From: a phage
Length of the DNA stretch: 64,000 bases
Strand: one strand, 5' to 3'
Sequence record: PZ019084.1
Shown one piece after another: positions 1 through 8,923 of the stretch. Both the position numbers and the translations under genes were made by a program. Within the stretch, counting starts at the first letter, position 1, and every line of letters starts with the position of its first letter. Below the pieces are notes generated by a model. That model was not told where the DNA came from, did not search any database, and saw only the letters and a program-made list of their open reading frames with translations.

Positions 1-134
1 GACCCGTAAGCGTCATAATAAGCTTTTTCTTCGTGTTCACGTACTACAATATGAGGTTCATAATCAGTCGGAAACATGTCAAGGGCAGAAACTGCCCCTA
101 CGCGTTGATAGCTTGGAATTACGAATTGAATCAT
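1..134 (-). CDS. 5' part of unidentified gene downstream of gene 42 (continues beyond window start)
   Basis: Open minus-strand frame from ATG at 134-132 to position 1 (MIQFVIPSYQRVGAVSALDMFPTDYEPHIVVREHEEKAYYDAYG...); ATG overlaps the gene 42 stop (ATGA). Does not resemble the T4 beta-gt N-terminus as I remember it. Confidence 0.45.
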   Translation of the reverse strand, partial: MIQFVIPSYQRVGAVSALDMFPTDYEPHIVVREHEEKAYYDAYG

Positions 135-871
135 TTCCACTCACCATTATAATCTTTTTTCGCAATATGAGTTTCGCCAGTTTTCCACCAATGGTCAACC
201 AAATAAAAATGACGGGAATACACATGAAGGCTCCCGACATTCCATATAATGGAACCTGCTTTATACTGACGAGTTGAATCACCTGCATTCAAATCAGATA
301 CTAATTTATCTAGTACGTATTTTTGCCATGCATAATCATTACGGAATCCGAAGACCACGTCATTTGAACGCATGCTTACTACTGCATTGACTTTCTTATC
401 ACGAATCAGGTACTGTACTGTATTCGTACACATGAAATCTGACATACCATCTTTATTGTAGTCAAACTGCATGGATGGACGAGTATAAATCATGATACCA
501 CGTCGAGAATCAGGATTTTGACCAAGTTCAGCTAAACACATATCATACTGGGCATAGTTATCTTCTGACCAAATAGCCCAACCATAATTCGAGTTAATTT
601 CGCCTTTAGAAGATGCTACCTGTTGCCAAATCTTCGGTGTTTCACCCGGAATATCTTTAACAAACAAACTTTTAGATTTATACCATTCAAGTTCACGCTG
701 AATGTATTCATCATTAAGAGCGCCAAAAATAAAAGGTTCATCTGCTACAAATGATGCACCAATAATTTCAATAGTTTTAACCCCGGTTTTATCAATTACG
801 AAATCTTTTTCCTTTAATGCAAGACCCAAATCAAGACGGATTTCTTCAACTGTCATATAATCGTTAATCAT
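131..871 (-). CDS. 42: dCMP hydroxymethylase
   Basis: 246 aa ORF matching T4 gp42 in length and sequence as remembered; position upstream of imm and 43. Confidence 0.95.
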   Translation of the reverse strand: MINDYMTVEEIRLDLGLALKEKDFVIDKTGVKTIEIIGASFVADEPFIFGALNDEYIQRELEWYKSKSLFVKDIPGETPKIWQQVASSKGEINSNYGWAIWSEDNYAQYDMCLAELGQNPDSRRGIMIYTRPSMQFDYNKDGMSDFMCTNTVQYLIRDKKVNAVVSMRSNDVVFGFRNDYAWQKYVLDKLVSDLNAGDSTRQYKAGSIIWNVGSLHVYSRHFYLVDHWWKTGETHIAKKDYNGEWK

Positions 872-1024
872 TTAAACCTCAATTGATGCATTCATATTTA
901 ATTTGTAACAGTAATAAACTCCAACCTATAATAAGTGGCGGAATCATAAGAGGAACTGTTACGCTATAGTATATACTTATTATAATCATCAAGATTAAAA
1001 GCAATACTGCTAAAATTTTGCTTT

Positions 1025-1276
1025 TCATTCCTTCTCTCTGATGATAATTACTTGATTTTGCTGTACAGATTTTTTAGTTTCACCCGCAATTGACCAAATA
1101 AATGTAATAAACCAACCAATGATTGACCAGTTAAACAGTAAAGATGTGAAAAAGATTCCTACTGTCGATTTTGACCCACGCATCAAGGCGATGAACCACG
1201 GAAGCATGTATATAATAATAGCCAACACGCCTGAAACTAAAACCATAAAAATTGAACCTGCTACTAAAGTTTCCAT
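1025..1276 (-). CDS. imm: superinfection immunity membrane protein Imm
   Basis: 83 aa, two hydrophobic segments, position between 42 and 43 as in T4. Confidence 0.75.
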   Translation of the reverse strand: METLVAGSIFMVLVSGVLAIIIYMLPWFIALMRGSKSTVGIFFTSLLFNWSIIGWFITFIWSIAGETKKSVQQNQVIIIREKE

Positions 1277-1283
1277 GTTTTCC

Positions 1284-1664
1284 TCACTTAGTCAAATTTT
1301 TTACGCATGAATTGTAAGAATTTACTACATACTCCATCGGAGCATTTTTACCAGTACGCCATTGGTAATTATTAGCCCAATTAGCCCAAAGTTCAGCACA
1401 GTAGTTTTCAATTTTTTCTTCGCGTGTAATTACATCCGAATTACGATATGCTTGAGCAGATTCGTCTGGACGAATAGCTTCGTCAAAATTCGCCTGCATT
1501 TGTTCTACTGTCTGTTTTGGAGCTTCTTTATAACACTTGACGTTAGGATTATAAAATTTGCTTGAACAGTTTACAATTTTTCCTACATCAGACTGATTTA
1601 CTACTGGTCCTTGAGCTACACAACCAGTAAGACCTAATGCAATAACCAAAATAGCGATTTTCAT
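1284..1664 (-). CDS. predicted lipoprotein (126 aa)
   Basis: N-terminal signal with lipobox (LGLTGC); Cys-containing secreted-type sequence. Confidence 0.6.
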   Translation of the reverse strand: MKIAILVIALGLTGCVAQGPVVNQSDVGKIVNCSSKFYNPNVKCYKEAPKQTVEQMQANFDEAIRPDESAQAYRNSDVITREEKIENYCAELWANWANNYQWRTGKNAPMEYVVNSYNSCVKNLTK

Positions 1665-1676
1665 AACAATTTCCTC

Positions 1677-1928
1677 TTAAAACTTAACAAATAATTTTAA
1701 AGCATCTTCAGTTTTAATTCCTTTTCTTACACCCATAACAGAAATTGGCTGTGACTGAAATTTTCCTTTGCCATTATAAATTTCTAACCCAGTCACCATT
1801 CCATTTTGTTCTATAATACCATAAGTATTACCTTCATTTTCGAATTCTTTAACTTTAAAGAGTTTATTAGCTTTTTCTGCATTAACAACTTTTAAATTTT
1901 GAATAAAATTAGTTTGAATGTTTTTCAT
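1677..1928 (-). CDS. hypothetical protein (83 aa)
   Basis: ORF trimmed to ATG at 1928, preceded by GGAGGA RBS and an early promoter; the longer track ORF runs through the promoter. Confidence 0.55.
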   Translation of the reverse strand: MKNIQTNFIQNLKVVNAEKANKLFKVKEFENEGNTYGIIEQNGMVTGLEIYNGKGKFQSQPISVMGVRKGIKTEDALKLFVKF

Positions 1929-1945
1929 TTTGTGTTCCTCCGTAG

Positions 1946-1990
1946 TTGATAGTTGTATAGTACCACGGAGGAACAGTCTTGTAAACAGTT
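1946..1990 (-). promoter_or_regulatory. T4-type early promoter (GTTTAC -35, TATA-like -10)
   Basis: Minus-strand GTTTAC at 1986-1981 with AT-rich upstream tract and conserved core TGGTACTATACAACTATCAACT. Confidence 0.6.
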
Positions 1991-2074
1991 TTGTGAAAAA
2001 ATTTTTAATGAATTTACAGGACCTAGAATCATCTATTTTTCTTAAGTATAGATTTATATTACTTGTATGAAAAA

Positions 2075-2090
2075 GGGACCCGGAGGTCCC
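2075..2090 (-). terminator. stable stem-loop downstream of gene 43
   Basis: gggacc-cgga-ggtccc perfect 6-bp GC stem with tetraloop. Confidence 0.5.
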
Positions 2091-2103
2091 TAGATTTATT
2101 CTA

Positions 2104-4800
2104 TCAGCCAAACAGGAAGTCTAACGAAGCTTTTTCTTCATAGTCCATACCCGCCGATTCACACATACCCGCAAGAGGTTTAACAAACGATTTTTGGAAC
2201 AAAGTTGAGTAGTCAATCCAAGACAGTACATCAGAACGAATTTCTTTTGGAAGTTCTGTGCCTGATGGCCAAGCAATGCACTTGTCACCAAATGGATTTC
2301 CTTCACGTAATGGAAGAACCATTACCTTATTTCCATCCAAAATTGGAGCTACACCTAAACCGCTAACAGCTCGACGATAAGTTAGCACACCACGAATATG
2401 GAACGGGCATTTAAATCCTGGCCAACCTTTATCGTCATATTTCGCTATATCGTTCGCAGTTTTTACTTCAGCAATAACTTTATAGTCAAGTTGACGATAT
2501 TCTTTCTCAAAGTTCTTGTAGTATTCTTGGACAGACTCTTCGCCTTCCTGAAGAATACGACGAATACTTTCTTCGAGAGCTTCTTGTACTGCTTTTGGCG
2601 TTGAACTCTGCTGAGTTTCCATACCCATGATTTTTAGATGCGGTTCAGCAAATCGCTTATCTTCCATATCATAAACGTTCAGAGCATAACGTTTTTTCGC
2701 TTTCCAAAATCCACCGACACCCTTTGAACCAAGCGGAGGGCAAGAAATAGCTTCACGGTCCATATGCATCAGATGCTCGCGGTTATTCATATAATCACAT
2801 AACTCACGATATGCAACATCAATCATAGGTTCCATCTTTTTCTTACCAAACTGATTCATGAATTCAACTAAATCATTTTGTTCTTTAAAGCGATCAAGAC
2901 CTACTTTTTCAATTACTTTATCTACACAAACATATACCGAATCAGTATCACCTGCTGCGATGAAATCTTCACCATTAGTTCCACATACTTTATTCAGATA
3001 TTCATTAATTTTGCGAGCAATCCACTGAATACCGACTTGACCGAAAATTGTGATAGCAGTAGCATTTCGCAAATCATAGTAACGGAAATGAATATTACCA
3101 AGAGCACCATAAAGACTGTTAATAAGAATTTTACGGTTCAGCTGATTTGTGTTAGCAAGTGTAGCAGCTTTTTCACATTCTTCAATCAGACTATTAAGAA
3201 CAGATTCAGTGTAATTCGACAATTCGTTTAAGAAATCATCACTGAACTTAACATATCGTTCAACTTCTGGTTTAGTTGGGCAAGACCCTGCACCTTTCAT
3301 AATAATCTTTTTAATAGCTTCGGCATTCATTTCTTCAGCGAACATTTTCTTTTTCCAATCTTTACGCTGGAAAAATACTTTAGCGATTTCCTTTGGAATG
3401 ATACCTTCTTGGTGCTTATCATACATCCATCCATTCGGAGAACAAGAATATTCATCACTTGGCTTAGGAGCTGTTCCTGCGATATATTCATGAATTGGAT
3501 GAACTTTAAACTGCCCGCGAATAGTCTCAGGACTAATGTTAACCTGACGAATAATGCTAGGATACAGAGACGTCAAGTCAAAACTCATAATGTATCGACG
3601 AGCAATCGGTTTAGGTTCAAACACAAATGCACCTGGAAAACTCTGTTTAACGTGCGAACCTTGTTGAGGAATAACCTTATGTTCACTTTTAAGTGAGTTA
3701 AAAATAATAGCATCCCAAGTTTTAATAGGACTCATTACACCAGAAAAAGGCATTTTAGCATAATAAGACATACTTAAAACTAGATCGATAAACCCACGAA
3801 TTTTATCAATTGCTTGAACTGATTCTACGTCAATGATGTTATAACTAATGTATCGTTGATGATTAGTCTCACGAAGTTTATTAATAGGACCATCGTACGG
3901 CAATTTACCTTTTTTGGTTTCATGCTGAGCAACTGATTCCAAAGAGAATGATGGCAAATTAGTAAATGCGAATTTCTTGTACAAATCTAAATAATCAAGA
4001 ATAGATACGCCATCAATCGAATAAATTTCTTTGCTACCGTACATATTTTGAATTAGTTTAGATTTTACTCGACCGATTGGAGAGAAGCGTTTCATACTGC
4101 GTTCACCGAGAACCATTTTAACACGATTCATGATATACGGAACGTCAAATCCCTCAATATTCCAACCGGTAAAAATAGCAGGTCGTTTCTGTTCCCAGAG
4201 ATTAATATATTCCATGAGCATATCACGCTCATTATCAAATGGCATATAAATTACTCGGTCAAGAATTTCTTGAGGAACTTCATCACCACCTTCACAGTCA
4301 AGCTTAGCAGCTAACTTTGCGTCCCATTTTGATACTGAACCGTACATTGAATTCAACAAATCAAAGACGTAAAAACGATCATCAATTGAATCATAATGAG
4401 TGATAGCATCAATTTCATATTCTGCTTTCATTGGGTCAGGAAATTTATCACCAGTAACCTCAATGTCACAGTTAGCTACACGAACAAATTTTCGGTCATA
4501 AACAATTTCTGAACCATATGTATCACTGATATAAGCGAGTTTAAAATCGTTCATACCGAGAGCTTCGAGACCGATGTCTTCCATTCGCTTCATCCAGTCT
4601 CGTGCATCTTTCATTGATGGAAATTTTTGAGGAGCACAGTTTTTACCATAAATGTCTTTGTATTTTGACTCTTCCTTACAATGTCTAAACATAGTCGGAA
4701 GATATTCTACTTCACGAGTACGTTCCTTTCCATTTTCATCAATATAACGCTCAACAATGTTATTTCCGACTGTTTCGATAGAGATATAAAATTCTTTCAT
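2104..4800 (-). CDS. 43: DNA polymerase (family B) with 3'-5' exonuclease
   Basis: 898 aa; exonuclease and polymerase motifs (e.g. AAGDTDSVYV); T4 gp43 length. Confidence 0.97.
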   Translation of the reverse strand: MKEFYISIETVGNNIVERYIDENGKERTREVEYLPTMFRHCKEESKYKDIYGKNCAPQKFPSMKDARDWMKRMEDIGLEALGMNDFKLAYISDTYGSEIVYDRKFVRVANCDIEVTGDKFPDPMKAEYEIDAITHYDSIDDRFYVFDLLNSMYGSVSKWDAKLAAKLDCEGGDEVPQEILDRVIYMPFDNERDMLMEYINLWEQKRPAIFTGWNIEGFDVPYIMNRVKMVLGERSMKRFSPIGRVKSKLIQNMYGSKEIYSIDGVSILDYLDLYKKFAFTNLPSFSLESVAQHETKKGKLPYDGPINKLRETNHQRYISYNIIDVESVQAIDKIRGFIDLVLSMSYYAKMPFSGVMSPIKTWDAIIFNSLKSEHKVIPQQGSHVKQSFPGAFVFEPKPIARRYIMSFDLTSLYPSIIRQVNISPETIRGQFKVHPIHEYIAGTAPKPSDEYSCSPNGWMYDKHQEGIIPKEIAKVFFQRKDWKKKMFAEEMNAEAIKKIIMKGAGSCPTKPEVERYVKFSDDFLNELSNYTESVLNSLIEECEKAATLANTNQLNRKILINSLYGALGNIHFRYYDLRNATAITIFGQVGIQWIARKINEYLNKVCGTNGEDFIAAGDTDSVYVCVDKVIEKVGLDRFKEQNDLVEFMNQFGKKKMEPMIDVAYRELCDYMNNREHLMHMDREAISCPPLGSKGVGGFWKAKKRYALNVYDMEDKRFAEPHLKIMGMETQQSSTPKAVQEALEESIRRILQEGEESVQEYYKNFEKEYRQLDYKVIAEVKTANDIAKYDDKGWPGFKCPFHIRGVLTYRRAVSGLGVAPILDGNKVMVLPLREGNPFGDKCIAWPSGTELPKEIRSDVLSWIDYSTLFQKSFVKPLAGMCESAGMDYEEKASLDFLFG

Positions 4801-4860
4801 AGATATTCCTTAGTTTATAGCCCGAGTTATTAGGCTCTTGATATATTATACTCCAAATAA

Positions 4861-4874
4861 GGGGCCGAAGCCCC
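4861..4874 (-). terminator. CUUCGG tetraloop hairpin (transcript-stabilising / terminator-like)
   Basis: ggggc-cgaa-gcccc; on the minus-strand RNA this is GGGGC-UUCG-GCCCC. Confidence 0.5.
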
Positions 4875-4878
4875 TTGC

Positions 4879-5247
4879 TTAATTACCAATCGTATATTTA
4901 GGAACGAGTTTCCATTCGTGTTTTTGTTTAAAAGAAATAACTCGGAAGTTATTGGTTAAATCTTTCATAAAAGTTCTTTGACCAGGAACGATTTCAATCA
5001 GTCCCCAATCTTCTAACAGCCACGCAATCGAATCACGGCGAACTTCATCTTCTTCTGTCATTTCAACCTGACGGCCATCCATACGAAGCATTTCTTTAAA
5101 ATGAACGATATAGTATAGTCCTTTTTTCTGAAGAATGTGGCAGGACTGATACAGAACTTTATCTTTATTATTAGCAATTCCCATACGAGTCAAAGTTTCT
5201 TTTACTTTCAGAAAATCTTCAGGTTTTTTAAGAGTAATTTCAATCAT
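4879..5247 (-). CDS. regA: translational repressor RegA
   Basis: 122 aa, matches T4 RegA in length and sequence as remembered. Confidence 0.95.
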   Translation of the reverse strand: MIEITLKKPEDFLKVKETLTRMGIANNKDKVLYQSCHILQKKGLYYIVHFKEMLRMDGRQVEMTEEDEVRRDSIAWLLEDWGLIEIVPGQRTFMKDLTNNFRVISFKQKHEWKLVPKYTIGN

Positions 5248-5248
5248 T

Positions 5249-5812
5249 TTACCATTCCAATGCTAGTTTTTTGAGTTGTTTCTGTTCTTTTACATTCTTA
5301 GTCACTTCTTTCAAAAAATCATCCGTGACTAAACCTTTTAGTTCTTTTAATACTAAAGGAAGTTTTCCATTTTTAGCAAGAATTGATTTATAGTTAATTG
5401 CATCATTTGTATTAACTTGATACCGCTTAGCAAGTAACTTAATAATCAATACTTCAGTAGAATCTTCGACCAGTTTTGCCCATTTACCATATCTTTTACC
5501 CCGAGGAACAGCAGCCATCAGATAATTAAAATGGGCTTCATCGCTTAAACCTGATCCAATTAAATTCATCGCATATACAGCTGGCATGCATTCAGGAAAT
5601 TGTGATAATGCATTCTCAACCATGTATTTTGAATAATCTTTTTGAGCAATAGAGCATTTAGTTTTATTATTAATAGCTCCAATTATTTCAAAAAATTCAT
5701 TTTCAGCTTTTTCCTTAAAAGAATCAGCAGCAGATTGGACAGCTGTCCAATCTTTTGAATACCAAGCAACTTGATGCTCGTTTAATTGAATATCATCTTC
5801 AAATAAGCTCAT
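5249..5812 (-). CDS. 62: clamp loader small subunit
   Basis: 187 aa, position between regA and 44. Confidence 0.9.
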   Translation of the reverse strand: MSLFEDDIQLNEHQVAWYSKDWTAVQSAADSFKEKAENEFFEIIGAINNKTKCSIAQKDYSKYMVENALSQFPECMPAVYAMNLIGSGLSDEAHFNYLMAAVPRGKRYGKWAKLVEDSTEVLIIKLLAKRYQVNTNDAINYKSILAKNGKLPLVLKELKGLVTDDFLKEVTKNVKEQKQLKKLALEW

Positions 5813-5813
5813 A

Positions 5814-6773
5814 TCACTTCCACTGCATTTCGCATGCTAATTGAATGAAAAGATATGCTAAATGTAATTCCGTATTAGCCGCAATTCCATGATACTGGTT
5901 ATTTTCACCAACAATTTCATACATACGAATAATACTTTGCGGAGTTACGCGTGTATAGATTTCTTCGGCAAGTTTACCTACGAACCACGAATAATCAGCT
6001 GCATATTTTGGTGCTAAAGCTCTGAGCTGTTTAACATCTTTATTTTTGAGAGATTCAAGAACATCATCAATAGCACCACGATCGTTAGTAACCAGTGATA
6101 AAATACCAGCATCCAAAACACCTTTAGATGAATAACTATCGAGCTCACCAATAGTTTTACGAAAATCAGGAAAATTCTTTTTAACCAAAGCTGCTACAAC
6201 TTTCATATCAGCTATAGCAATTCCTTCATGCTTGCAGATTTCAGTTAATCGACGAATCATCTGCTTCATCATTTCAATTTTATCTTCATCAGTCGGTTGA
6301 CCGAACGTAATAACTCGGCAGCGTGACTGAAGCGGTTTAATAATACCATCAATATTGTTAGCAGTAATAATAATACTACAGTTTGAACTATAAGCTTCCA
6401 TAAAGGAACGAAGATGTCGCTGAGACTCTGCTAACCCTGAGCGGTCAAATTCATCAATAACGATTACTTTTTGACGACCATCAAATGAAGCTGCACTAGC
6501 AAAATTAGTCAAAGGACCACGAACGAAATCAATTTTACAGTCTGATCCATTCACAAACATCATATCAGCATTTACATCATGACACAATGCTTTTGCTACA
6601 GTCGTTTTACCTGTTCCTGGAGAAGGAGAATGAAGAATAATATGTGGAATCTTACCTTTACTTGTAATAGATTTAAAGGTTTCTTTATCAAAGGCGGGAA
6701 GAATACATTCATCGATAGTAGATGGACGATATTTCTGTTCAAGAATGTGTTCTTTTTCATTTACAGTAATCAT
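5814..6773 (-). CDS. 44: clamp loader ATPase subunit
   Basis: Walker A GTGKTT; start set at MITVNEK (319 aa, T4 length); the track ORF extends 5 codons further to 6788. Confidence 0.93.
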   Translation of the reverse strand: MITVNEKEHILEQKYRPSTIDECILPAFDKETFKSITSKGKIPHIILHSPSPGTGKTTVAKALCHDVNADMMFVNGSDCKIDFVRGPLTNFASAASFDGRQKVIVIDEFDRSGLAESQRHLRSFMEAYSSNCSIIITANNIDGIIKPLQSRCRVITFGQPTDEDKIEMMKQMIRRLTEICKHEGIAIADMKVVAALVKKNFPDFRKTIGELDSYSSKGVLDAGILSLVTNDRGAIDDVLESLKNKDVKQLRALAPKYAADYSWFVGKLAEEIYTRVTPQSIIRMYEIVGENNQYHGIAANTELHLAYLFIQLACEMQWK

Positions 6774-6804
6774 AATTTCCTCATTCAAGTTTTAGTGTAA
6801 ATTT

Positions 6805-6820
6805 AAGGGCCGAAGCCCTT
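6805..6820 (-). terminator. CUUCGG tetraloop hairpin
   Basis: aagggc-cgaa-gccctt between genes 45 and 44. Confidence 0.5.
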
Positions 6821-6822
6821 TA

Positions 6823-7509
6823 TTAAAAGTCGTGGGTAGAATCAGCTTCAAGAGCTACTACATAATTCGCATGTTCACCTTCAAATTTAGCAGCGCCTTG
6901 TTTACCTTTTGCCCAGAGCAGAAGTTTATAATTTCCTGGTTGCATTTTCATATTTGCCATATTGATAATGAAATTAAATGTATTTTCACCATCATAATCA
7001 CCAAGAGTCAAAGAATATTTAACACGGGTCAAAGCAGAATCTTCCACTTTATTAAAACCGTTAATTACAATTTTACCTTCTTTTACTGTGATAGCAATTG
7101 TATCAATCTGCAGACCACGAGATACACGCAACAGCTGTTGAAGGTCTTCAGCTTTAATTTCAGTAACAACAGATGCTACCGGGAATGGAATTGGTTTATT
7201 AGGAGCAACTACTGTGCTCGGATCAGCTGCTGGCCAAAAAATTGTTGAACGGGCATCAGCAATTTTAATATTTCCATCTTCTGACTGGGAAATTTCTGCA
7301 TCGTCATTAACTAAGGACAGAATACCGAGAAAACCGTTCAAATCGTAAATCGCTACATCAAAATCAATAGTGTCAGAAATATTTGCTTCCGCATAAGTTG
7401 TACCATTAACTGCGCGAGTCATAATAAATTGACCGGATTTAAGCATAATACCGGAGTTAATAGTAGCGAAATTTTTAAGCAGAGCAGTAGTATCTTTAGA
7501 CAGTTTCAT
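6823..7509 (-). CDS. 45: sliding clamp / late transcription coactivator
   Basis: 228 aa, matches T4 gp45. Confidence 0.95.
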   Translation of the reverse strand: MKLSKDTTALLKNFATINSGIMLKSGQFIMTRAVNGTTYAEANISDTIDFDVAIYDLNGFLGILSLVNDDAEISQSEDGNIKIADARSTIFWPAADPSTVVAPNKPIPFPVASVVTEIKAEDLQQLLRVSRGLQIDTIAITVKEGKIVINGFNKVEDSALTRVKYSLTLGDYDGENTFNFIINMANMKMQPGNYKLLLWAKGKQGAAKFEGEHANYVVALEADSTHDF

Positions 7510-7564
7510 GTAATTTCCTTCAATTCAAATGAGATTTAATTTTATAACTAATTTAATAAAGCAA

Positions 7565-7954
7565 TTAACGATTAAAATCAGCAGCAATTGTTTCCGCAAC
7601 AATTTGAGCAGCAACAATTAGACGTTCATCTGCATTACCGCAATAATCATCTTCAAGGCGTTCACCACATGAAGTCATAATAAATTTAGCACCAGCATTT
7701 AGAGATTCTGCCGTATGTTTGCGCATCAGTTCAATCCATTTATCACTCACTTCACGATCGATGGCTTCATAATACGCATGACGAGCAGGTGCAGATTTAA
7801 TTTTGCTCTGAATAACTTCCATTGCGTTATCAGAAAGAGACAAAACCCATGCTCGACGAATTTTATTTTGGTTTTGTGGATTTGAATCAGAACGCACGTG
7901 TTTTGGCTGAATATCTTTTACATCAACAGTATAATTCACAGTAATTTTAGTCAT
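7565..7954 (-). CDS. rpbA: RNA polymerase binding protein RpbA
   Basis: 129 aa, position between 45 and 45.2. Confidence 0.8.
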   Translation of the reverse strand: MTKITVNYTVDVKDIQPKHVRSDSNPQNQNKIRRAWVLSLSDNAMEVIQSKIKSAPARHAYYEAIDREVSDKWIELMRKHTAESLNAGAKFIMTSCGERLEDDYCGNADERLIVAAQIVAETIAADFNR

Positions 7955-7963
7955 AATACACCT

Positions 7964-8155
7964 TTAGTCATAATAATCAGTAACAGTCCAAGCTTCATTC
8001 CTGTTGGACATTATTTTCGTATATTCTGATTTAAATGCATTCTTAAGCATAGATTCAGTAACTATATGCTCTTCATTAGAAAAATTATTTCTCAGAATAT
8101 ATCGTTTTATTTCAGGAATAGTTAATAGATGCTGTCCAGTTGAATATTCTGCCAC
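7964..8155 (-). CDS. 45.2: hypothetical protein 45.2 (63 aa)
   Basis: Small ORF in the T4 45.2 position. Confidence 0.55.
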   Translation of the reverse strand: MAEYSTGQHLLTIPEIKRYILRNNFSNEEHIVTESMLKNAFKSEYTKIMSNRNEAWTVTDYYD

Positions 8156-8165
8156 AGTTCCTCCG

Positions 8166-8173
8166 TATAAATA
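8166..8173 (+). promoter_or_regulatory. T4 late promoter TATAAATA upstream of the HNH endonuclease gene
   Basis: Exact TATAAATA 34 nt upstream of ATG 8207; AAGGA RBS follows. Confidence 0.6.
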
Positions 8174-8206
8174 TGTTTATCACTCGCTGTATCAAAAGGA
8201 TATGTT

Positions 8207-8923
8207 ATGAATTATAAACTAATTTATGAAAAGTTAATCTCTAATGCTAAATCTCGAAAACTTGATTGCTATACTGAATCTCATCACATTATACCACGCT
8301 GTTTAAATGGTAGCGATGACGCTTCAAACTTAGTAGATTTAACACCAGAAGAGCACTATGTAGCTCATCAACTTTTAGTAAAAATTTATCCTTCTGAACC
8401 AAAATTAGTCTATGCTGCTAACATGATGACAGTTTCTACGAAATACGCTAAACGTAACAATAAAACTTTCGGCTGGATTCGTCGTAAACTCTGGGAAATA
8501 GAAAAGAATAAAGAGTTCTCCCAAGAGACACGAAAGAAAATGTCCGACGCAGTAGCTAATAAAGCAAGACTAACTTGTCCACATTGCGGTAAGTCTGGAT
8601 TAAGCGGGAATATGAATCGATGGCATTTTGATAACTGCCCAAATCACCCCAATCCTAAAGTTAGACCGCCAATGTCTAAAGAACACAGAAATAATATCTC
8701 AAACGGGCTTAAAGCAATCGTTCTTGAAGAAACATCATGCGAATTCTGCGGAATGATAGGCAAGAAATGCGTTATCGCAGCGCATAGAAATTTCTGCAAG
8801 AAAAATCCAAATGGACGCAAGAAAACTGAAAAGACTGGTACTTGCGTCCATTGTGGTAAAGTTACCACGTTCGGAAATTTATCAAGATGGCATAATGATA
8901 ATTGTAAATATAAACCTAGCTAA
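8207..8923 (+). CDS. freestanding HNH homing endonuclease with three C-terminal zinc-finger-like repeats
   Basis: 238 aa; HNH motif ESHHIIPRCLNGSDDASNLVDLTPEEHYVAH; three CxxC...(W)HxDNC units; opposite strand to all neighbours; 3' end overlaps the 3' end of gene 46 by 8 nt. Confidence 0.85.
   Translation: MNYKLIYEKLISNAKSRKLDCYTESHHIIPRCLNGSDDASNLVDLTPEEHYVAHQLLVKIYPSEPKLVYAANMMTVSTKYAKRNNKTFGWIRRKLWEIEKNKEFSQETRKKMSDAVANKARLTCPHCGKSGLSGNMNRWHFDNCPNHPNPKVRPPMSKEHRNNISNGLKAIVLEETSCEFCGMIGKKCVIAAHRNFCKKNPNGRKKTEKTGTCVHCGKVTTFGNLSRWHNDNCKYKPS

Noticed and set aside
79-288. 69-aa minus-strand ORF at the window start
   Set aside because: Overlaps gene 42 in another frame; the real coupled gene is the in-frame ORF starting at 134
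2398-3696. Plus-strand ORFs (2398-2604, 2878-3231, 3409-3696) inside gene 43
   Set aside because: Antisense to a well-supported polymerase gene; low-complexity AT-rich translations typical of chance ORFs
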